Below, piece after piece: positions 13,601 to 27,070 of a stretch of 64,000 bases of DNA. The stretch lies in contig JBHGNT010000013.1 of assembly GCA_043228905.1 (NCBI GenBank), forward strand, positions 20,584,001 through 20,648,000. Direction: 5' to 3'. The DNA is from Azolla caroliniana. Taxonomy: Eukaryota; Plantae; Polypodiophyta. The stretch's first letter is position 1. The number at the start of each line of letters is the position of its first letter. The notes beneath the pieces were generated by a model, which was given only the letters and a program-made list of their open reading frames with translations, did no database searches and had not been told where the DNA came from. Both the position numbers and the translations under genes were made by a program.

Positions 13601-15046
13601 ATTGAGCTTTACATGTGCTGCAAAAGGATTCTCTATTTAGTTTATTGTGAATTGATTGCTTGGCAGGATGAGATTGTTGCCCGCATTGAAGAGAGGATTG
13701 CAATGTGGACTTTTCTACCAAAAGGTCTCGCTTTTTTTTTGTTTACTCCCAAACATATATAACAGTCTCCTTATAACAGCTTTTAATTGGACATCCTTTT
13801 GGTATTAATTGGTTTAGAAAATGGAGAGGCTATACAAGTTCTAAGATACCAACATGGAGAAAAATATGAGCCTCATTTTGATTTCTTCCATGACAAGCAA
13901 AACCAAGTTATTGGAGGGCATCGAATTGCCACTGTGTTGATGTATTTGTCAGAGATTGTGAAAGGGGGAGAAACTGTGTTTCCTAATGCACAAGTAAGTG
14001 TAGGAAACTGATTCTTTACTTTTATTATGTTCATGTTAGATGTATGATTAAAACTTGAGATTGTTTTTAAAATGGACAGGATTCTCGAGTTAAAGATGAC
14101 AGTTGGTCGGAATGTGCTAAAAAGGGACTTTCAGGTATTTTTGCTTTGAAATATGGGGGAGTTCAATTTATTTGGTTTTTTAGGCTTGTTTAAGAGCCAT
14201 CTCCAACTATTATCACTATTGATTAGTCATACTTCTACAGCTAGTATATATACCATGGCATTAAGATAGAAAATAGAAGCAAATTTGGATCAAAATAATA
14301 AAGTACCCAAAAATGTATAAAAGAGAGAAATGGATTAAACGTTGAAAGTTCCAGTTTTTTTAATTATCAAGAAAAGACTGAGTTGATTGATCATTGTACT
14401 AAAAAAAGAGAGAATTTTGATAGGTTAGATGCTCCTGATACTTGGGAAGGTTTATTTGCTTGGACTCAATGAAAACCACAGATTCTAGAAATCCTCATTG
14501 CCAAATTATATTAAGAATGGAAATGTTGTGAGCCAATATTTTCTCGTAGCTTATAATTTTAGCGTAAACTCTTTACAATGCAGTTCGAGGGTGTGAACTC
14601 TTTTTTTTGTCTTTCCGGTTTGTATCTTCATTAATCTAATGCACTTGCAGAGTTTGATTTTACTTAAACCTGCACTCGGGCGTGTGGCGCATGTCTTTGC
14701 AATGAGGATTAATTTGATTTTAATAAAAATGCATTTTGTTACTGTGACAGTTCGCCCAAATAAAGGGGATGCACTCTTATTTTTCAGCCTAAACCCTGAA
14801 GCAGTGCCCGATATTATGAGCCTCCATGGGAGTTGTCCTGTTATTGAAGGAGAGAAATGGTCAGCAACAAAGTGGATTCATGTGGGGTCTTTTGATCGAT
14901 CGAGGCCAAAACATGGGGTTTGTGTTGATGAAAATGAGAAATGTGCTCAATGGGCAGCTTCTGGTGAATGCAAGAAGAATCCAGCATATATGGTCGGGAA
15001 AGATGGATATGTTGGAGCTTGCCGGAAAAGTTGCAAAGTTTGCTAA
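4642..15046 (+). CDS. P4H: Prolyl 4-hydroxylase (2OG-Fe(II) dioxygenase) with signal peptide and C-terminal ShKT domain, ~318 aa; exons 4642-4739, 12145-12255, 12335-12392, 12483-12587, 13667-13724, 13818-13993, 14080-14134, 14751-15046
   Basis: Manual splicing at GT-AG sites gives one 957-nt frame: MTFFAMFLLVWMVSGSFIQA...FDPTKVEQISWKPRAFLYKGFLSNDECEHL...SMVADNESGKS..SEIRTSSGMF...YEPHFDFF (HxD)...GGHRIATVLMYLS...LHGSCPVIEGEKWSATKWIH (distal His, Lys), then the 6-Cys ShKT CVDENEKC...CRKSCKVC. Exon 1 is joined across a 7.4-kb intron with matching phase. Confidence 0.93.
5159..5920 (+). mobile_element. Solo LTR in P4H intron
   Basis: 5-bp TSD GTATG (5154-5158 and 5921-5925); imperfect inverted ends TTTGAAG...CTTCATCA; internal TATAAG followed by a purine-rich then a T-rich tract. 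Confidence 0.65.
8947..10450 (+). mobile_element. 5'-truncated non-LTR retrotransposon (RTEX/L2-like C-terminus) inserted in the intronic Ty3 gag
   Basis: TLVTPTLLYGVETWG and LRTSSHQLQIEVGRY...ERICQLC...ESEEHCVCHC (C-terminal CCHC); 12-bp TSD TTTTGGCCGCTT (8935-8946) / TTTTGGCCTCTT (10451-10462). Confidence 0.8.
11057..11556. repeat. 168-bp tandem repeat x3 inside the LTR
   Basis: Units start TCAAAGCCACC at 11057, 11225 and 11393. Confidence 0.9.
12761..13103. mobile_element. hAT-like MITE in P4H intron
   Basis: Imperfect TIRs CATTGTTG...CAACGTTG, 8-bp TSD CACTCAGG/CTCTCAGG, many internal TAGAATAC motifs. Confidence 0.6.
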
Positions 15047-15320
15047 AAGAAACTATTTTGCCTTGAATCCAATGTTGTTCTCATTCTCTGGAATGCTGGC
15101 TATTTTATGGGACTTCTGTGTTGGAAATACTTATTTAAAGGGACAAATCTATATAGAAATAACTACTAAATTCATATGCTTATTCTTAATTTTGTGGTGA
15201 TTGGAACCAATATCTCTGGCCATGGCGTGTATAGGTACTTTTGCAAATAAGCAACCATACTTTTGCATTTATGACATATGTAAAACATACTTTACTTATT
15301 TTTCGAAGAGAATGGTACGT

Positions 15321-15655
15321 GTATACTAATGTTAGTATAGATGGGCCTGATTATTGTAGATAAAGTGGTTCATCTGGATTTTGAAATTTTGATTATTTGA
15401 AATTTTGATGAAGGGGGTTTTCATTGGTGTTATACCATATATCATGTGGAATGATTTAGTACATATAAAGCATTATGATCATATATGTTTTTTGCATTGG
15501 TACTTGTATACGAATGTTAGTATACATGGGCCCGATTATTGTAGATAAAGTGGTTCATTTGGATTTGAAGTTTTGATGGAGGGGGTTTTCATTGGTGTTA
15601 TACCATATTTCATGTGGAATGATTTAGCACATATAAAACATTATGGCCATATACG
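15321..15655. repeat. ~185-bp tandem duplication downstream of P4H
   Basis: GTATAC.AATGTTAGTATA.ATGGGCC.GATTATTGTAGATAAAGTGGTTCAT at ~15321 and ~15506. Confidence 0.8.
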
Positions 15656-18600
15656 TTAATACAGTAGCTTTTTGCATGAGAACATGTAGTTTGATATGTT
15701 GGATGGACATTATTTGGTATATTGAAACCTCAACACAATCATCATATTTCGACAAGGTTTTCACGAAGAAGTGGAGTGAGTTGCATCATTTAGCAATTGA
15801 GATAGACCTGGTTTCTTGATTGACTTACTACAAATGATTGAGCTAAATTATTAAAAATTAAGGGGACACTACCTTAATGTCGAACTTGTTTAGAGAACTT
15901 TAAGTGCTTTATCATTTATGTGAACTATGGTACATGGTGGTGGTCATGGTTGAATATGTTCTAGCATTCTTGTTAACATTCAAGGATGATGTTTGTAATT
16001 CTGTATTCTAGTTTTGACATTTTGGTATCTTGCCATTTCATCCTTTGGCCTATGCTAGATTGACTTTTATGGTCACATACTTCATAGAATCACTTGAGAG
16101 CTCCAATGGATCTTTTACTCCCATTATGTTTTAACCCATTTGTTGATGTGTGACACCCAATCAAAGCAAAGGATTTTGCAATTTACCTCAATGGGTCGAG
16201 CGTTATTTCTACTAGCACAACATGATAGGATTTAACTCTCAATTGTCTCCTTGAAAGCAGTTTTTGAATTTTCTCTATTTCATTCCATATAGTAAATGGG
16301 ATTGTGCCACTATATACGTCCACTCCATACAAGGTACACAAATGCTGAATTTGGAATTGATTCTACCAATTGATGAATTGAACTTAGAGTGAGAGTTGGA
16401 ACTTGACAAATTGGGACCATGATGATAGATTTAACCGTTCTAACAATTGGTTAGCTTGTCAAATGTGGAGAAAAGAGATAATGTTCTCACTTGGGTTGTC
16501 ACCATCATGAAAGCCAATGACATGTATTCATCATTGTCAGTGGCGAATGGTTGCAATGGCATTTGGGGAGGGTTAATCTTGAAGATGTTCACACAAATGG
16601 TTGGCCTTACTGTGTCAAGTGTTGTACCAAGGGAGAGTTGACAATGGGTGCATTTCAACATGTATTTGGTGTTGAGCTCTATTCCTCATGGTTAGAGGTG
16701 GTGATAGTGATATTGAAGTATAGGTTGAAACAAGTGGAATATTATAGTTTGTTATTCCAAGGAGAAAACATAGAAAACTTTGCCGAGTTTGTTCCACGAA
16801 AAGAGGAAACATGTTGGAAAAACTTTGTTATCATCTTGACAATGTTGTAAGTGCCACCTTGAGACATATAATATGCACCACTATAATTGCAAGACTTACA
16901 CAAGGAGGTAGATGTGAAAGCAAGTATTATAAAATAAAATGCAGAACAAAACAAGGTAAGTGTATGTTGGGTACAATAGTCCAATTTTTCTGTGTTGATG
17001 AAATAATCTTGGTATTTACTTAATCTCATGCATTTCAACAACATCATTAGGAGGTCCTTGATGGTTGGGCTCATAATAAAGGTAGGAAAGACTAGAGCCA
17101 TGATTTTCCATATATATGTGCTAACTTACACAAAAGTTGTCTTCACTATATCATGAAAACAAGTTCAAGTAGTTGATTCCTTTGTATACCTAGTAATAAT
17201 ATTTACAAGCAATGATGGGTGCATATCTATGACCAAGATGCTCATGATTGATTAACTTGAGGATATGCAACTCTAGCTATGCAAGAACAAGAGTGTTGTT
17301 AGGCATACTTTTAGTAACCTCATATCGTAGGCTACAATCATATAGGCTCCAAGTCTCCCTATGTACATGTGGACACAAATAGAAGATCCATGAGTCATGA
17401 TAAGGATGATACATGGGAAAGCATCAATCACATATAAAATCCATTGTGCTGAATTGATAGCACTGCCCATCATTGTAGAAGCATTATTCTAGAAAGTGAA
17501 CATGATCAAGTAGATTCTGCCAATCCACTTCAAACAAGTACAAGTAAAGTGTTAAAAGAATTGAAACAAATTGTTACAATAGAATGGGTAGAAAGATCAT
17601 GGAACTCATTGGTGATGAAGTGGTTCAAAAGCAATAACCTCAAGATTCAAAGAGCAATGACAACTAGAACTTCGTACTACGACGAGATCAATGGAATCTC
17701 TATACCAAAAGGGCTTGGATCACACTAAGGGATTTCTTCCCCCCCAATGATGGCCTTTACTATAATTTTATAGAAAGGATGCATTCTTATAGAGGCCAAG
17801 GTACATGGATGTCTTATGCCACATGATGGTCACAAAGCAACTTTGTATATATAGAGTTGAACGACTTTGTGGGTGATGTGAAGGAGACATTGAAATTGAG
17901 AAACATTTGATGCGTAGGTGCTAGATGATAAGCATATAATAGAGAAGTATGCCCTCTACACAAACTCCACCATCAATTGACAAATGATGGAGAAGCCTTG
18001 ACCCATGACATGACATTTTGGTTGAATTGTGCTTGAGCTTTCAATGCATAGGGAATCATCCCTTATATTAGCACACAAGATGCAATGAAAATCACGCATT
18101 ACTAATTTCTTTATTAAATCCACACATCCACTGATAACATGCCAAGAAGTCACCATAGAGTGAGCAAGAGAATCTTGATGACAATGTAAACTATGAGTGC
18201 GAAGATAAAAGGAATATGGGGCATATCATCACCATGTTTGATCCACACACCTAGATGAGCTTGTTGAACTTTGTCATATCCTCATTCCACCACACCAGTC
18301 AACATCAAACTCATTAGTTATACATACCTCATCCTTTTATTTATGTTTATAATTGGATAGTGTGAATTCATTGATATTTGTAATCATGATTTGTCTTATA
18401 TGGGAGAGTAGATCCACACTTGCTCTTGAGTGTCTTATACTAGAAGATAGAGGCTAGATCCAACATATGAGAAAATGTAATTCTAGGACTTGTCATTTGG
18501 ACTAACTAAGGGATGCATTTTGTGTTACAAGAACATCCAAAAGTGTTGTTCATGAATTACATAAATGCGTCCATGACATAGATGTGTTACATAGATGTGG

Positions 18601-20927
18601 TTCAAATAGACTCTTATACAAAAATACGATAAAAAATTATGGTGGTCACTGTGAGGGTTGCGTCTAAAAGACTAGAGATGACATTCGGGTAAAAAGCTCA
18701 ACTACCCTTCGAGCTAAATAATGCTTTGGGTTAGTATTGCCTTAAACAATTGGTGTTCCATGATGTAGTGGTTTCCCTCACAGGTGGTTTCTATTTCAAA
18801 TTTTGTTTAAAAATCCAAAGGGGTGGTCTTTTTCATCTCGCAAATCCTTTCTTATCTCTTCAAAATCCTTTTCATGGATTTAAAATCACTTTTCTCATTA
18901 TCTCTCTAACCCATTTTCAATACTCTCAAAATCGTCTCTTTCTCTTGTAAATTGAGAAAGGAAAATGTGTGATGAATGAGTTGAAATTTCATTCCTCACA
19001 ATGTATAAAGGATCCCTATTTTCGCAAAGAGAAATAATGGGAGAAAGTAGTAAGTGATTGAAATGGTGATTTCGGGGATATCTATCAAATGCGGTCAAGG
19101 CTAGAATTTTCTCGTTTTCACTATGAAAGATGGTTACATTGCCTAGGATGTTGTCCTTTGGGTAACTCAAAATTGATTAAGACAAAAATTCTAGAATCTA
19201 GATGTTTCAAAAATATAACATGTAGGTTTTGCATAACGATTGTAATGTAATCTCGTAAAGGAAGTTCTCGTAATTGTTTATTTACAATAGTTTAGTTATA
19301 TGTAAGTCTACTTTAACAATTGAAACGTCATAGTCATGCTAGATGAAATCATTCAAGACAAAAAGCTTATGTAAGAAGTTGTTTTAACACCATGGGGAAG
19401 AATGACGACATTTCACATCATTTGTCATGTAGCATGAAAAAACATAGTACATGTCTCATTGTAATATTTTTGAGGGTGAAAGCGTGACAATTTAGATAAC
19501 GGATGGAAATAACCAAATCAAAACAAAAAGTCAATCGACCAATTGACATGTATAAAGCAACTAATGATGTTTAGTTGAAGGAAAGCAATTGATTCAAGTA
19601 TTGACATTCTAATAAGGTTATTTGCATCATGTAGATAATATAGTTTTAACTAGATTGACGAGCCTTTCTCAAACTTCAAGAATTTTAATAATAAAGAAGC
19701 CCTTTCAAATTATCTTTAATTAGTTCATGACGCCCTCCAACATACAAAAGAACAAACTTAGAGCTTTTGAAGAGGAAACAAACTCCTTGTTGTGAGAAGA
19801 GTATAACATGACCAATGGTAGCCGAATAAGCGTTTGTGTTGGGGGAGTGGGTTGAATGCTGTTATGCAAAGTATTGCAAAATTATAGTAAGACATCACAT
19901 TTGAGGGTGTTATATAAATATCATATATTAAGACAACCAAGGAAGCTTGAATTCGAAAGATGGACCACGTAGATCCGGCTTTGGGAACCATCGGTTTTGA
20001 CCCATTCATCACAACGGGAAGAACAAACATCGGTATGGAGCTTGTATTAAGAACCTTTGAAGAGTCCACGCTTCTTGGTTTGATAGAGATGGTTGGTATA
20101 TGTGCATTAAATAAGCTTGATATGTATGAGCAAGTTCGTGGGAGTTTCAGAAGTTATTCACCAATTTTTGATTAGCTAGTGAACCTTAACTCTAAAGCAC
20201 ATGTCATGTCATTTGGAATTTAGCCCTTGTTCAGTATCCATCATTTGTGATCGAATATTTTAGGAACAAATATATCTCCTCCCCTTTTGGAGCATTTACA
20301 AGAGTTTTGTTTGTATCCATAACTTTTATGGTACTCCCAAGTCCCATTCCACACTTAAGGATCCTTAAGCCAATTAAAGATGTCAAGGTTAACCTTCTAA
20401 TCGATTTTGTCCATCATGTCACCATTGTTGTATTTGTCCGGTTCTTCACAATGCTAGTTGCTTAGGTTTCGAAAATGTAGTCATGTGCTTGTATTCAAAA
20501 GGTTTCAAATATATTTAAACAAAGTGTGCAGTTTCATTAAGGGAAATCAAGGAACTTAAAGGTATTTGATCTAGTTAAAGAGTGGCACAAAACAGAGGGA
20601 AAAGTTCCTTCAAGTAACAAAAACAAGATTTGTTCAATAATTGGTGTTTGTAACATGTGCCATGGGAAGTCTCTAAAACTTCCATCAAATTATATTTACA
20701 AAATTGCCAAGTTCGTCCAATGTTTACAAATGGAGATGGCACATTATGTTTATATGTAAGTACATGAGTTAAGACTAAACCACACCTGGAAGCATGTAAT
20801 CAAATCGCATTCGATGAAAAGTTCAAATTTGTGATGGATTTGTGTGCCCTAACTTCTAACTACAATCCAATCTGAAGGGTTGTTCGCTCTAATGAGGGAA
20901 GCTTGTTGGGTCATTTAGGGTAATGTC

Positions 20928-22157
20928 CTACCTCATTGGCCATCGGACCTCGATGTCTGCGAGTTTGGGAATGGATCTCCGCTCCCAGAGGGAGCCCGTG
21001 TTGGTCGAATTCGCATGATCACGGGTCTTGTCGTTGGTCATGTCAAGGAAGAGAGTGTGGCCACCGAGAGTGTTCATGTTGTTGTTGGGAATATGACTAA
21101 GGGCATTACAATTGTTGTTCTCATCATTGTCATGGCCATTATCATCATCATCATCATGACTATCATGACTATCAGTACTATCATTATGATAACCATTATG
21201 AATGGATCTACAGATGGTCAAGTGGGGATCAGGATGGATGATTGGTATCCTGCCAAGGTTGTTCCCCCTAGTTCCCAATTGCCTCATCAATAGCAGGGAA
21301 TTTGGTGGAGGGATAGAGGGCACATACAGCCCACCAAGATTAGCACTACCAGAGCCACCATTGCTCTTCTCCTCTTCCCGGAGCCTCCGCACGAGATCGT
21401 CGATCATCATGGTCACGCGTTCTCTCCGCGTTCTCGTCGTATCAGACACAATTTGGTTGTCGATGCCAATTCCGGTGTCGATGTCGTGACTGTGGTTCCA
21501 TTGGCCAAGAGGCCGATCCATGGAGAGGGAATTATTAGGGCTAGAGCAGCCGAAACAATGTGTGAGTTGCATGGGGCATGGTGCAGAATGATGAGTTACA
21601 CCCTGTTTTTGTTGAGAATCAGGAGGAGGAGACCTCCAGGTGTCTTCTTGTTGATGATTCTTGGTCTTCCTATTCAGATTGCTCTTCTTCTGAATCCTAC
21701 TCTTCTTATTTCTTGGCATTGGGACTCTGCTAGTAGTAGTTGTAGCATGAGGAGGAGGAAGAGTTTGTATATCTGAAGAAGCGTTCGGAGCAAAGGGAGT
21801 CTTAGAAGGTTCCATGAACCTTCTGCCTCTCGTGGTTCTCACTTGACCTAGGCATGTGATGTGAGGCGATTGGGGCTCCGGATAATTGGATGGATTGAGG
21901 ATCGTAGAATCATTAGGGTTTGTGTTCAGATGAAAAGTATGATCACTACTATCATCATCAATACCAGTAGTGGTGGTGGTAGGAAGAGGAGGAGGAGAGG
22001 GAGGGTTAGGGTTAGGGTTAGGGTTAGGGTTGGGATTTATTAGGAAGAGGTATTCTCTCATGGCCACTTCTCTACTAGAGGAGGATAAGCTTCTGCAGAA
22101 AAGCTCATAGAGCAGAGTGCTCTGTTTCTCTTCAGAAGAAGAAGAAGAAGAAACCAT
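20928..22157 (-). CDS. Intronless plant-specific low-complexity protein (409 aa) with EPxSPxxTCxGQVR and PPPNxLLLMR motifs (HCF243/At1g78110-like motif family)
   Basis: Long ORF with YPEPQSPHITCLGQVR, PSIPPPNSLLLMR and C-terminal LWERRS..LADIEV; TATA-like site upstream. Family assignment is from motif recall only. Confidence 0.75.
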   Translation of the reverse strand: MVSSSSSSEEKQSTLLYELFCRSLSSSSREVAMREYLFLINPNPNPNPNPNPPSPPPLPTTTTTGIDDDSSDHTFHLNTNPNDSTILNPSNYPEPQSPHITCLGQVRTTRGRRFMEPSKTPFAPNASSDIQTLPPPHATTTTSRVPMPRNKKSRIQKKSNLNRKTKNHQQEDTWRSPPPDSQQKQGVTHHSAPCPMQLTHCFGCSSPNNSLSMDRPLGQWNHSHDIDTGIGIDNQIVSDTTRTRRERVTMMIDDLVRRLREEEKSNGGSGSANLGGLYVPSIPPPNSLLLMRQLGTRGNNLGRIPIIHPDPHLTICRSIHNGYHNDSTDSHDSHDDDDDNGHDNDENNNCNALSHIPNNNMNTLGGHTLFLDMTNDKTRDHANSTNTGSLWERRSIPKLADIEVRWPMR

Positions 22158-24632
22158 GGTTTCTTTCTTCTTCCTCCTCCTCCTCCCCTGTTCTTAAGGG
22201 TGGGGGGAGGGAATATTTAAAAAGCCATTATCATTATTCATTATTCATTTCATTCCAGTTATGTGATTAGAAGTCGTGAATCGTGATGGCTTCTTCTCGT
22301 TGTTCTTATATTATTTATTTACACGTGAATGCTTTTGACCCCCACATGTGGATTTAGCTATACATATAGCCAGCTCTATATAGATAGCTATCTATAGCTG
22401 TAGCTATACATATATATATAGCAAGCAAACGTACATACTTAACTATATATGTACTTGCATGAGTCATCCCTACATACATGTTTTATTATCTATATCCATG
22501 AACCATTATATGTATATGTAAATTCATATACATACATAACCTTGATATTCCATGTCTTCCAATTCCTATAGTACCCATCGGCATCATCCATCGATGATTT
22601 TCGGCCTACATTTATGATTCTACTTACATACTCATACGGCTTGCCCTCGTTTGCGTCTCCACTTCCGATTGAATGATGCTATGGATAACTGTTGAAAAAA
22701 TTTACCGTGTCCACGTATACAAAATATAATGTCTCCTTTTAAAGCCTTTGTTACGTTGTTATTCTATTATATAATGCATGAAATCTACGAATTTACGTTA
22801 ACCGACTCTACTTTTTGATTGGAAACGAAAAGAACCGAGCGAAATATAATATCTCACGGAAATGTTGGAAATAATCGAAGATACAAATGTGGGCTATAAA
22901 ATATGAATAAAAAACCTCTTAGTATATAGTGGATATATAATTGTGAGATAATATACCTTGGATGTTTGCAATTGGATATGTTTTCCACGTGAGCGGGTCG
23001 CTACCCTATTACATGACAGCCTTCAATGTCTGCATTTTTATGGGTACTTCTTCTTGCATTACAGTCATCACATGTTTTTCTCACTTTTATTATCGTTGCA
23101 TACTTTTCAAAGTTCCAGGTCGATGTTAGCATCTATCTTTGACGAAATTCGGTGTTCTTCGAGGTATAATATTGCTACACATCACCCTCATATATCCCGA
23201 TCAAGGTTCGCAATTTCACAAACTTACGTTTACATGTCTTATGACTAGGCTATCTTATGTTCTACAATATAATATATGAGTCTATATGTATATTCTAAAG
23301 ATAAATACAATATAAATCTCATTATCACGTATCAAATTGAGCATAAAATAAAATAAACCACATGCTCATCATCGAAGAGCCAAGAGAAAAAAGAAGTTTG
23401 AATAATAATAATAATAGAGTTGAATTAGTTGCTCGTTACCGTGGCATAAATCATGAAGTTTATATTGATTGTTGAAAAAGCATCCAAGAATGGGGCACTA
23501 TATCAAGGGTTTATATTGTTTTGTTTTGTTCTTCCTCTCCCTCAAAACAAAGCACGAGTTTAAAACTCATAAAATACACATTTTGGCATTGCATGAATTG
23601 CATATCATTCATAGTGTTGCCTACAAATTTGTTTTATCGTCTATCCGCTTTTACATAATGCGACAAACTTAATTGTCCATGTTTCTCTTGAGAGTTATCA
23701 TACATGTTCCAAACTAGTAGACAACAAGTGCTACATTAAAAATAGAATTTTGGAATGAGGGTTTGTTATCAATACAAAATTACTACGCTCATGCATGCAA
23801 AGATGTGATCTCTTTATTGGATGTATCTACTTAATCATTGTTAACAACTTGTACCTTTGTCACAATTATTTTTCATGGTTTTTTGTAATGTCAAATGGAT
23901 CAACATTTATGCATCCTACATTTTCTTTATTTTCTACAATCCACTATAGCCAAACATCAAGATCTCTCTCTCTCTCTCTCTCTCTAGAGGCAAAACTTCC
24001 AACATATATGTCTTATTCATAAGTAGAATCATTGCATTATATGTGAATTTGATCGAATAGACCCTTTTCATAGTACACGGCTCGTATCTAAATTTGACAT
24101 GCCCCATTATACTTCAAATTGACAATACTTTTTTTTCTTCAAATTTGTACAATCGGAAGACATGGACTTTAACATCTCAATTCGCATGTCTGCCATTATA
24201 CTTCGAATGTGTACCATTGGAAGGCATGGATTTCAACCTCTCAATTCACATGCACAAATTCCCTTTGAAATGGAGGCACAATATACACCATTTAAAATAT
24301 AAGCATCCGCTTCCACAATCCATGATCTATATGCATGGAACATATTTAGGGATGATAACTTCTTCCACACTATAAGCCCAAAATACTATTTAAATAATGT
24401 CATCATAATATTCCATTTGAAATGCATGCAGAGTAATATCAGGTCAATGTCCATTTTGCTCATAAAAAACATGCACCCAACAAAAATGTTCGTCAAGTGA
24501 CATATAAGAGTTTAAATTTCCATGTTCATGTAAAAGGCCCTTGAAAATTATACATGCCAAATGACATGCTAAAATTTTATTTTTCCATGTCACATAAAAT
24601 AAATATGTAAATATATGTATGTTCTATGATGT

Positions 24633-25060
24633 GTGTATAACGGTGAGGTATTATTAAATATCTGGTTTGAGTTGGTATCTTGGCTGCGGGGACGATACGA
24701 CTCAATTAAGGGGGAATCTAATGCAGCTGAAAGATCTCGATCAAAGTTCTTGCTGAAATGGGGTAATTCTCCTATGGTGGGCAGATCATCATCAGGGCCT
24801 CAATGGAACTACCAAGCACCCCGATGGCTGTTTCCGGTTTCCAACAACATCTAGGTGCTATAAATCTGTATAGATATGGTACAAATTATTAGGTTATTGG
24901 AGTTGTTTGGATACGTTTGTTGAAAATGAGGTGGGGACTATGTCCACTTTGGTGGGAAGGCCAGAGTGAGGGCTGGTGAGAGGAACTTTGGGTGTTCTAT
25001 GATGTAATTTTGTTTGCTAACTAATGTGAAGTAGTGTTTTTTTGGAAAAAAAAATAAAAA
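24633..25060 (+). mobile_element. 3' end of L1-type LINE
   Basis: IWFELVSWLRGRYDSIKG...WNYQAPRWLF, homologous to the tails at 28606-28800 and 32579-32818; ends in an A-rich tail. Confidence 0.7.
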
Positions 25061-26867
25061 ATATATAATATGTTTTTGTACAACACACTTAAAATAATGA
25101 CATGTAATGATGTTATATATTCTCAAATCTTTATTCTTTACTAATAACATTAGTTGAAATTTGATTTACATAATAACCTTTACTAAATACTATAGAGTCT
25201 AGACTCTAGGTATAATTTTAATATTTTATGTTTTAACTATTAAACCTATTTTTTTAATACTATCCTTTATTAAAAAATTTAGGTTAGTAAAAAAAGGTGG
25301 GTAGCAAGTTATGGATGGATATTGCATGCAAACCAGGTATAGAGTTTTGTATTCTCTTTTTACTATATTTCTCCAGCCTTCCTTTAGATTTACCATTGCA
25401 AGTCTTTTACATTATGTTGTAAATATTGGTGTTATTATATGTTTAAACTTTAATTGTTTATGATTGTTTTAATTCTTAGCTTAGAAGCAAATTTTGTAGC
25501 ATGGTTTGGGAGCACATTGTAATCAAAATCAAAAGGGTCAATTTCTAATACTATTTGCAGCAATTGACGGGTCAATGCTTAATATGACAGGTCACGATAT
25601 AATAAGCCTTTTTTTATGTTTTTGGGGCTTTAAGGAATATATGATGATTAAGTATTCAATTTGTATGAAATTTTGTTTGATACTTATTGTATCCACTTTG
25701 CAAGAATGAATTATGATTATCGATACATACCTTCTTTGTGCTTTGGATTTAAAAACATTAACACGATATTTATTTTATGTGCATATATTCATTATCGCTG
25801 TGAGGTAGTTATGGCGATTTGTGTATCTTTGCGTACTTTTGATGGTAATGAAATTTATAATAATGTAGCATTATATAGAGCTTTTCATTTTTAAAATTTT
25901 TTGCACTCTTATGTCATATGACATACATGTTTAAAAATGGCCGTAAAAAAACTTTAATCCTAACCCATCAAATTTTAACCTTGCAACAGAAAGCCTGAGC
26001 GCTATACATCAAATATGTTTAGGGAGAATAATTCCATCCAAATTATTAGCTCAAAATACTCTTTAAAATCTCACCACAATATTCCCTTTGAAATGCATGC
26101 ACAATATACCCTTTAAAATGTAAGCATCAAGCTTCTAAAACCCATGATCAATATGTCAAACATATTTAGGGACAATATTTTCATCTAAGCTATAACTTCA
26201 AAAAAATTGTAAAAAATCTCATCGCAATAATCCTTTTGAAGTGCTAGATTGTGTGGTATAGGAAATATAAGTCACATCATAAGACAATTTAATATTGTGA
26301 GGTTTGTTAAATTTGGGCATAGATTGAGACATGGATGAAGAACAAATAACTATTTGGCTAAACTTTGAATAACATGTGAAATAAACGACAAAAAGGATGA
26401 AACATTATCAATCCATTGGCTTCTTATCCTTGATGGTAGACCAATATAATAGATGAAAACATCATTGTTATTAACTTCTAAAACATTGGTGGCATTTGAT
26501 GATATGAACATACACACACCAATAAAATTTGGCATATCTTCTTGCTTGCATTTCTCATGGTACTGCTTTGACAATTTGCTCATATGCTCATAAGATCTGA
26601 TTGTGCACGACTATCACAAAGGCACAAGTGTCAGTCAATTATTAACGTATTCTCTTTCACTCAAGCATCTTTTGATGCTATAGACACTTCTATAAACAAT
26701 AAACATTTTATATCACATTTTCTAGCCATTCATGAATTATATTATCCCTCTCAACTAGACATGTCATCTTCAACATTAAATGTTGAAAATACATGATTTG
26801 ACCCATACTTCTTTGCTACATGATAAAATTCCTTGTACATGCATGCATGTGTGTTTGTGCCCAGATG

Positions 26868-27070
26868 GATGTAGTTTAGTTGGTGAGGTTGTCCAATGGA
26901 GACCATGTGGTTATGGGTTCAACCCCTACATGGTGTAATAGAGAGGGGGACAAATTTGGGTTTCGAACCCGCGGGCCGCTAGTATACCACTGGGCCATAA
27001 TATGGAGTAATAGAGAGGTGAGGAAGTTGGGTTTCAAACCCAATGCATAGCGACACTTACCACTAGGGTA
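26868..27070. mobile_element. tRNA-derived SINE-like remnant
   Basis: A-box-like TGTAGTTTAGTTGG and B-box-like GGTTCAACCC, then two GTAATAGAGAGG...GGGTTTCRAACCC...ACCACTRGG modules. Confidence 0.4.

Noticed and set aside
16100-18500. Possible highly decayed RTEX/L2-like LINE
   Set aside because: Only faint resemblance to 8947-10450; I could not rebuild motifs or boundaries with confidence.
22003-22035. (TTAGGG)4 telomere-like tract
   Set aside because: Short, and lies inside an ORF where it encodes NPNPNP; a coding microsatellite.
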